64,000 bases of DNA, from assembly GCF_964355755.1 (NCBI RefSeq), contig NC_092670.1, forward strand, positions 7,368,201 through 7,432,200, read 5' to 3'. The DNA is from Antedon mediterranea. Taxonomy: Eukaryota; Animalia; Echinodermata. Every line of letters begins with the position of its first letter. Within the stretch, counting starts at the first letter, position 1. A model generated the notes under the pieces. That model was not told the DNA's origin, ran no database searches, and saw nothing but the letters and a program-made list of their open reading frames with translations. A program made the position numbers and the translations under genes. Positions 58,042-64,000 of this stretch are shown piece after piece.

Positions 58042-58514
58042 GACGTAGTTATGGGATGTTTCGTTCCAAAATTAATCAATCGAACTTTATAATGTACTAG
58101 CGCACGCGCGCGCAATATTCTTTGCCGCAAATACTTCTGTACGCTGTGCACATCGATATGTCACCGTAAAATTTGCAATTAAATTTTTTTAAATATAAGA
58201 AAAAGTTTAAATTATTTTCTTGCTCCTATACTTTACATGAATTAACGGAGACAAGTTTGACACAAATTGATCTGCATATCAAGTGACTACTATAATCCAA
58301 TGTCGTAACTCTATGACTCTGGTTTTTTCCATAACCTTATCGTTATATCATGGACCTAGGCCTATTTTATTACCTTCTTAGCCATTTTTATTATTCTCTG
58401 TAATTTATTTGAATTATTCTTAGATAAACTATTTATAAGCCATACAATACAGCAAAATGTTAATATGGACTGTATCATAGCCTGTGGAATAGAGACAGCG
58501 CATCTCTGCCAATC

Positions 58515-58712
58515 TTAAAGTTTCTTAATTTCCTTAAGAAGTACAATCTTTTGGTTTGCCTTCGCATAGACTTTGGCAGTGTTGGCATTCCATGACAGTT
58601 TTTCATCTATCCATACTCCTAAATATTTATGTTCTAGTTGTGCGGACATCATTATCTTGATATTTAAAGGTATCAGTTGCCTCTTAATTTTACGAAAATC
58701 AAACACAATTTC
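58515..58712 (-). mobile_element. Rex1/CR1-group LINE ORF2 fragment (after the RT core)
   Basis: FDFRK...PLNI...KYLGVWIDEKLSWNANTAKVYAKANQK. Confidence 0.8.
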
Positions 58713-61700
58713 CTTCCTTTTAGACAGTTCATATCACACCAGTTAATTATATTATTAGCTTCAGTTCTATATGTGCTCTTTCTCAGATATACATATAAAA
58801 ACGCATACTTTTGTAGACTTTCCCTAAGTCTGTATTCATTGTCTTTTTTTATTTGTTCGTTTATTTTTCGATTTTTGTCTCAAAAAACTCATGTAGTTAT
58901 ACGTAAGAAACGCCATATGTGCCAAAATATTTATCTTTTTACTAATATTAACACAAAACTCCGTCTGGAACCCATACTAATACTTTTGGAATGCGCAGTG
59001 CTATTGTTTGTGTTATAATTGCTGCGCAATCAAAATGTTTGCTTCCCGCTTAAAAATAATCCCTAAATACTGATACCAAACACGTTTACATAATATGACA
59101 TTACATGAAATATTCCCAGTATTGTTTTATAAAAGTCGAAGTCGAAGTTTTCTGTTGCTTGTGTATTATGAATGATAATAAATGGTGAATGGAAAATACT
59201 AAAGAGTCATGGTGCCATGCCGTTCCATTAGGACAGAAGAGTCAAACTTGCCATGCAGTGTAGTAGAAGATAGTGGCAATAGATGATAATGCCTACGGTG
59301 GTAGTGTTTGTTGAATTATCTCTGTTTGTGGTGGTTCGGGATTTCATTTTGACAGGTAGGTAGGCCTACTGCTTGAACACTGAGTACCTTGCCTTTTGAT
59401 AATAAACTCAGATTTTGAATAGGCAATTGTTTTTCCGTAGGGAAAAAAAATAATGTTTTCACTTTCAAAAAGACAAAATAAGCTTCCAGTCAATTTGAAT
59501 ATTTTTGCTTTACATTTAGTAGAGAAGTAGATAATTTTTTGTATCGATCCAATTTTTGATCAAGTTGAATATGTGATATTGAATTGGTATGTTTATATTC
59601 ATGTGTACAAAATTAAATTTCCACGATGACATTTGAGGTCGATGTCCACTGACCAGCCAAAATTACCCTTCCCCACCCAAGCTCACTTCCAGGTAGATCT
59701 TGAGACCCATAACTATCAGATGTGTGAAGTGAAATCAATTCTTTTATTTTCACAGAATGACTTTAGTTAAATTATCTAATTTTGAGATATCAACAATTTC
59801 GGAAAATCGTCCATAATAGGCCTACACCTAATTGAAAAAGTTTTGTAGGCCTACTGGGTGTTTGTAGATTTAAAATTATTCCTAAAACCCCCTCCTATAT
59901 AACGCAATTAAGAAGTGTTGGTGGTGGTTTCGAGAAATATCGAAAACATGGGTCTCTGATGTTGGGGTCTTTATTTTCGTACCATCCGTGAAAAAAACAC
60001 GGTCACCACATTTGGCTGTATGAATGTTATGAGGTAGGCCTACTCGGACATGGTGGTGTTCTCGGCAAAAACGTCCCGTCACCTGTGAAGTGTTTTAATA
60101 CTTAGGCCCCTATACATAAATATGCAACATTGACAATTCAAACAACCACAAATCTTTTCATTTCATTTATTTTTCTCTCTTTTTCTTTGTCTCCCACTCG
60201 CTATACTCTCCTTTATTTTCTTCATCATCAACCCGGTACTTCAGTGTCCAGTTAAATCCGCCAGGAGGACGCTCGGAGTTGCCTTAGAAAGGCTGATCTG
60301 GACTAGTAATACGTCTAGGCTGTTGTATTACTGATCATCACATTTTTGTGTTTTTATGATGAATACAAATAGTAAAGATGATGTAGGCCTATTGTCCACC
60401 AAAAACATGAAAATGAAGATTAATTTATTCAGACTTTGCAGTTTTAATAAATTATTCACTCCCGTAGGAAAAACCTTAAAAAAAATAATTAATTAATTAA
60501 GTTTTTACTTTTTTCAGTTTCAAACAAAAACCCATTCTGGCAGCCAATTTGGACTTTTTTTTTGCTTTAAATTACAGTTTTTCGGGTGAATATTTTTCGA
60601 TTTAATTTTTGGTCAATAACTATGTGACATTGACATATTATTCATTTTTCTAAATCAAACTATTGAATCATGAAAGTGGGTTTTGTGAAAATAACTGTGT
60701 ATATTATTATTATATTATTATCTGGTTTGAACATGGACAATGAAAACTCGTGCTATGTATTTACTCCGTCACGGTTCATTTACTTCCAGGTACAGTACGC
60801 TGTACGTCGCCCATATCATGTATTCATCGTCCATTTGGTCAGCCTCTCCTCTTGCAGCCTGTTGATGTTATGTATGAGCAGAGAGATTCAGAAGCCACTT
60901 GACTCATCATGATCCATCGATAGTGTGGTTAAATTGTGGACAGCGAAAACCAAATATGTGTTGTAAAATGGCATGTCACGAGGACATTGTAAATGAAAAT
61001 GCAGTACTGCCAGAGAGAGCCGCACTTAATTGTACTTAAATCCCAAGTAGGTACAATCATTTTCAGATACTCTGTGCATGGAGGTATGCTCTGTGACTAC
61101 CATACAGTGTGAACGAGCTGCTATTGTATAATATAGACTTAGGAGGCATTGAGATTATCTTTAGGATTAGAAAGTGGATAAAACTAGTGAATAGTGAAAA
61201 TCAAGTCTTGACCCTCTTTAAAAATTTGGGGGAAAAATCAAATTAAATGTGAATACAATACACTTGTCGGTCATTGCAACAAATTGCAAAATAATTTTTT
61301 TTCGAAAAATATCAACTTATTGAAAAGTATTCATTGACTTATAAATTATAATTATACTTCACAAACTAGATGTGTGGCTAATCTCGGATTGTGCCATAAA
61401 ATATGAACATTATTTTCACATGTACATGGTACTATTCATTGATGATTGTACAGCGTAAATTTGCGGAATATATGCAGTGGTAAGTTTCTTAAGTTTTAAG
61501 AGTATGCTTAATCGGTAAGTATGACGAGAAATCGTTCAAGAAAACGTTAATTATATGTTTTTTCTCTTTTGTAGAGTTCACCACTACTTTTATTCATATT
61601 AACTTCAAAAGATCAATACATTATTTCACATACATTATACACTAGATGTCCCCGTGGCCTCCCCCCCCCCTCCCTCGCAATATACTCAATTACTAGATTT

Positions 61701-61723
61701 TAGCACTGTTAAAGTCTATTTAA

Positions 61724-61935
61724 GGCTAACTCAGACAGCGTCGTGCGACGAGGCCCGAAGAGTCATCTCATCGGGAGAAGATTAAACATAATGTTTAGAG
61801 TTCTCCCAACAACCTAAAAATTACGGCCGATGCTATCTCAAGATGGCTCGTCTCGTCAAGATTCAACTCAGACAGCACCAACGCGTCAAGACGTTTTGTC
61901 GGTCCTTGTTGTGCGATGCTGTTTGTCTTTAGGCC
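61724..61935. mobile_element. Harbinger-like MITE
   Basis: Imperfect TIR GGCTAACTCAGACAGCGTCG / CGATGCTGTTTGTCTTTAGGCC. Confidence 0.55.
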
Positions 61936-63387
61936 TACTGTATGTACCATCAGATCAGCTAGGGGGGTTGGTTCATTCGAACCCTTGAACTCCCCACAGT
62001 GTTTACGGGCTCAATCTCAGTTGGTGTTAGGATGCAGTGTGCCATAAAGATTTAATACTAAAAAGTGTCACTTAATGTATATATCTTCTTGACTTTTATT
62101 AGAACAACTTTACAATCACTCAACACTAACAGTAGGCTAACACTCAAAAGAAGAACAGCAATATTAGTAGCAGTTGGTATGTGTGGCCAAGCAAAAAACT
62201 AATAAATACCAAATTTTGCTCACTGGTCCGCAATTGCTAATTCATATTTTCAGGTTGATATAATAATGACACATACCAACAACAAAATGGTCTCTCAATC
62301 GGTATCTTCTTTCTAAGTATACAAAAATAAATGTTTACCTTATATTTTCTGCTAAAGATGGTTTGAATGTGTACTTCCAGTCAACCAAAACAGAAGTCAA
62401 ACTGAGAGGGTAGCATATCAAGTAACGACACACCCCTTCACGTGGCGTGGAAGAAATTCTGTTTATTATATTGACGTTAGAATAACTTTACGCTTACAAA
62501 AAAATAACTCCAAGTTATAGAACCATGTAAGCATAGTATATAAATTGTCTGTGTCCAAATTATCTAAAGTATACATATATAAACAAGATCTTTACTCATT
62601 TATTTTTTCTACTAAATGAACGAGGCCTGATTTATTTACATAATCACGATCAAAGAGCGTGTTTTAATTGGTGGCGCTTTTCTTCACGCTACGTGGCAAA
62701 AATAGATACCTATTTTTGTTAGTGGAAAATTTTACGGTTAAATTACAAAATTTAATCATTATGGCACCCTACATCAGTAAGTATAAATGACCGTGAAAAG
62801 CATAAACTTTACTTTGTTCGGTAGGTATTAGTTTAAAGTTATTTGAAACTAGCTTGAATGCGTCAGTTGAACAAGCACACCGAGTTAGCCTCGCATTACC
62901 GTCTTCCTGCAGTCTAGCATGATGCAAAGGCCCGTAAGTCATCAGTATTGTTGGTCTCTGGTTTCCACAGAGGCCTAACCACTTTTTGAAACATAGAACA
63001 ACATTGAAGTACTTACAGCCTAAATATTCAATCTCTATCAATATGATAAAGTGTAAAGATTTTTTTTGGTGCTGATGGGCTATGGGATGTGAACCAAATG
63101 CGGCCATTCTCCATTCCCTGTTAAATTTAACACCCCTCCCCTGTTTTCCCACTCTTTCCATCAAATAGTAATAAAATAATAACCTTTTTTTTCAGTAAAT
63201 CTATCCGAAATTGACATAGCAGCATATGTGATAAAGAGTCATTTACCTGTAGGCCTACTTGCATTAACCATTATGTTGTAAGTATTAGTTAATATAGATT
63301 TTACATAGTGTACATGTAGGTGTATGATAATGATTACAATTTTAGAATTGTTCCAAAATTGTACACAGTCTAATTATTTCTATGTAG

Positions 63388-63513
63388 TTCCATTGTGTTG
63401 TACCTTGCTGAAAATCCTGAAATTCAGCAGCTGGTGTGCCTGACGGCTGATGTGGTCTACAAATTCCTGATATGGAAAGGCCTTACCATGTGGAAATTTC
63501 TAATGAAGAACAG
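63388..63513 (+). other. Possible isolated exon of an unidentified plus-strand gene
   Basis: ttctatgtAG|126 nt|GTACAT; one open frame SIVLYLAENPEIQQLVCLTADVVYKFLIWKGLTMWKFLMKNR. Confidence 0.25.
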
Positions 63514-64000
63514 GTACATTTTCTTTTGCTGTAATTAGCATAGGCGTTTATTGTTCATAAAGGTTAGGAGGTGGGCATTTATTTGAGGGGGAATTTATTC
63601 AAAATGATGTTCTATGGGGGAGGGGGAATTTATTCGAGGGAGGTGTTTATTCAAATAAATCTGGTAATTGATAATCTGAAGTCAATGTAGGAAATACAAT
63701 GTGTTGCATTTTGGCTATCAATCATACAAATGTACAGTGAAGGTAGTGAGTGTTGTATGGCATTTTGCCACACTGCTATATTACATATTATATAACACCT
63801 AAATAAATTCCTGTCATTTGATTGGACGATTGTGGGTCACATGGCGTGCAATAGTACGCACTATTAAACGATTGTTTAATAGTACTTTTTGAAACATTTT
63901 TGTGTACGAAAAAAAAAACGTCTCGCGGATGAAAAAAAATCTAGTACACAAATTATCCTATGATATGGCTCTGTACTGTGAAATACAACAGCGCCACCTG

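Noticed and set aside
59400-60650. Diverged ~200-bp direct repeats and a 66-aa ORF as a gene
   Set aside because: Looks like old transposon-derived sequence; no recognisable protein.

Overview
AT-rich animal (invertebrate-type) genomic DNA; most ORF-track entries are intron noise. Two spliced genes lie on the minus strand. RPL19 is complete (5 coding exons, 56677->52771, 192 aa, 5'TOP-like start). About 1 kb downstream of it is a kinesin-3 KIF13A/B (Khc-73)-type gene (ATG 51673; 33 phase-consistent exons, ~1496 aa) with no stop codon found, so it probably continues past the left edge. Introns carry PIF/Harbinger-like and P-like MITEs, tRNA-derived SINEs, L2/RTE/Rex1 LINE fragments and tandem repeats. 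Best second-look signals: (1) an 811-nt intronic stretch with no AG on the pre-mRNA strand, starting just after a CTAAC branch point plus pyrimidine tract (candidate extreme distant branch point); (2) five short frame-preserving candidate cassette exons in KIF13, two in motor-domain loops and one polybasic, several with RBFOX/Nova/QKI/Musashi-like motifs nearby; (3) strong, spatially separated excess of TACAGTA/TACTGTA and TAGGCCTA words, with two local duplications each differing by exactly the 5-bp Tc1/mariner excision footprint. All coordinates and counts were read by eye.
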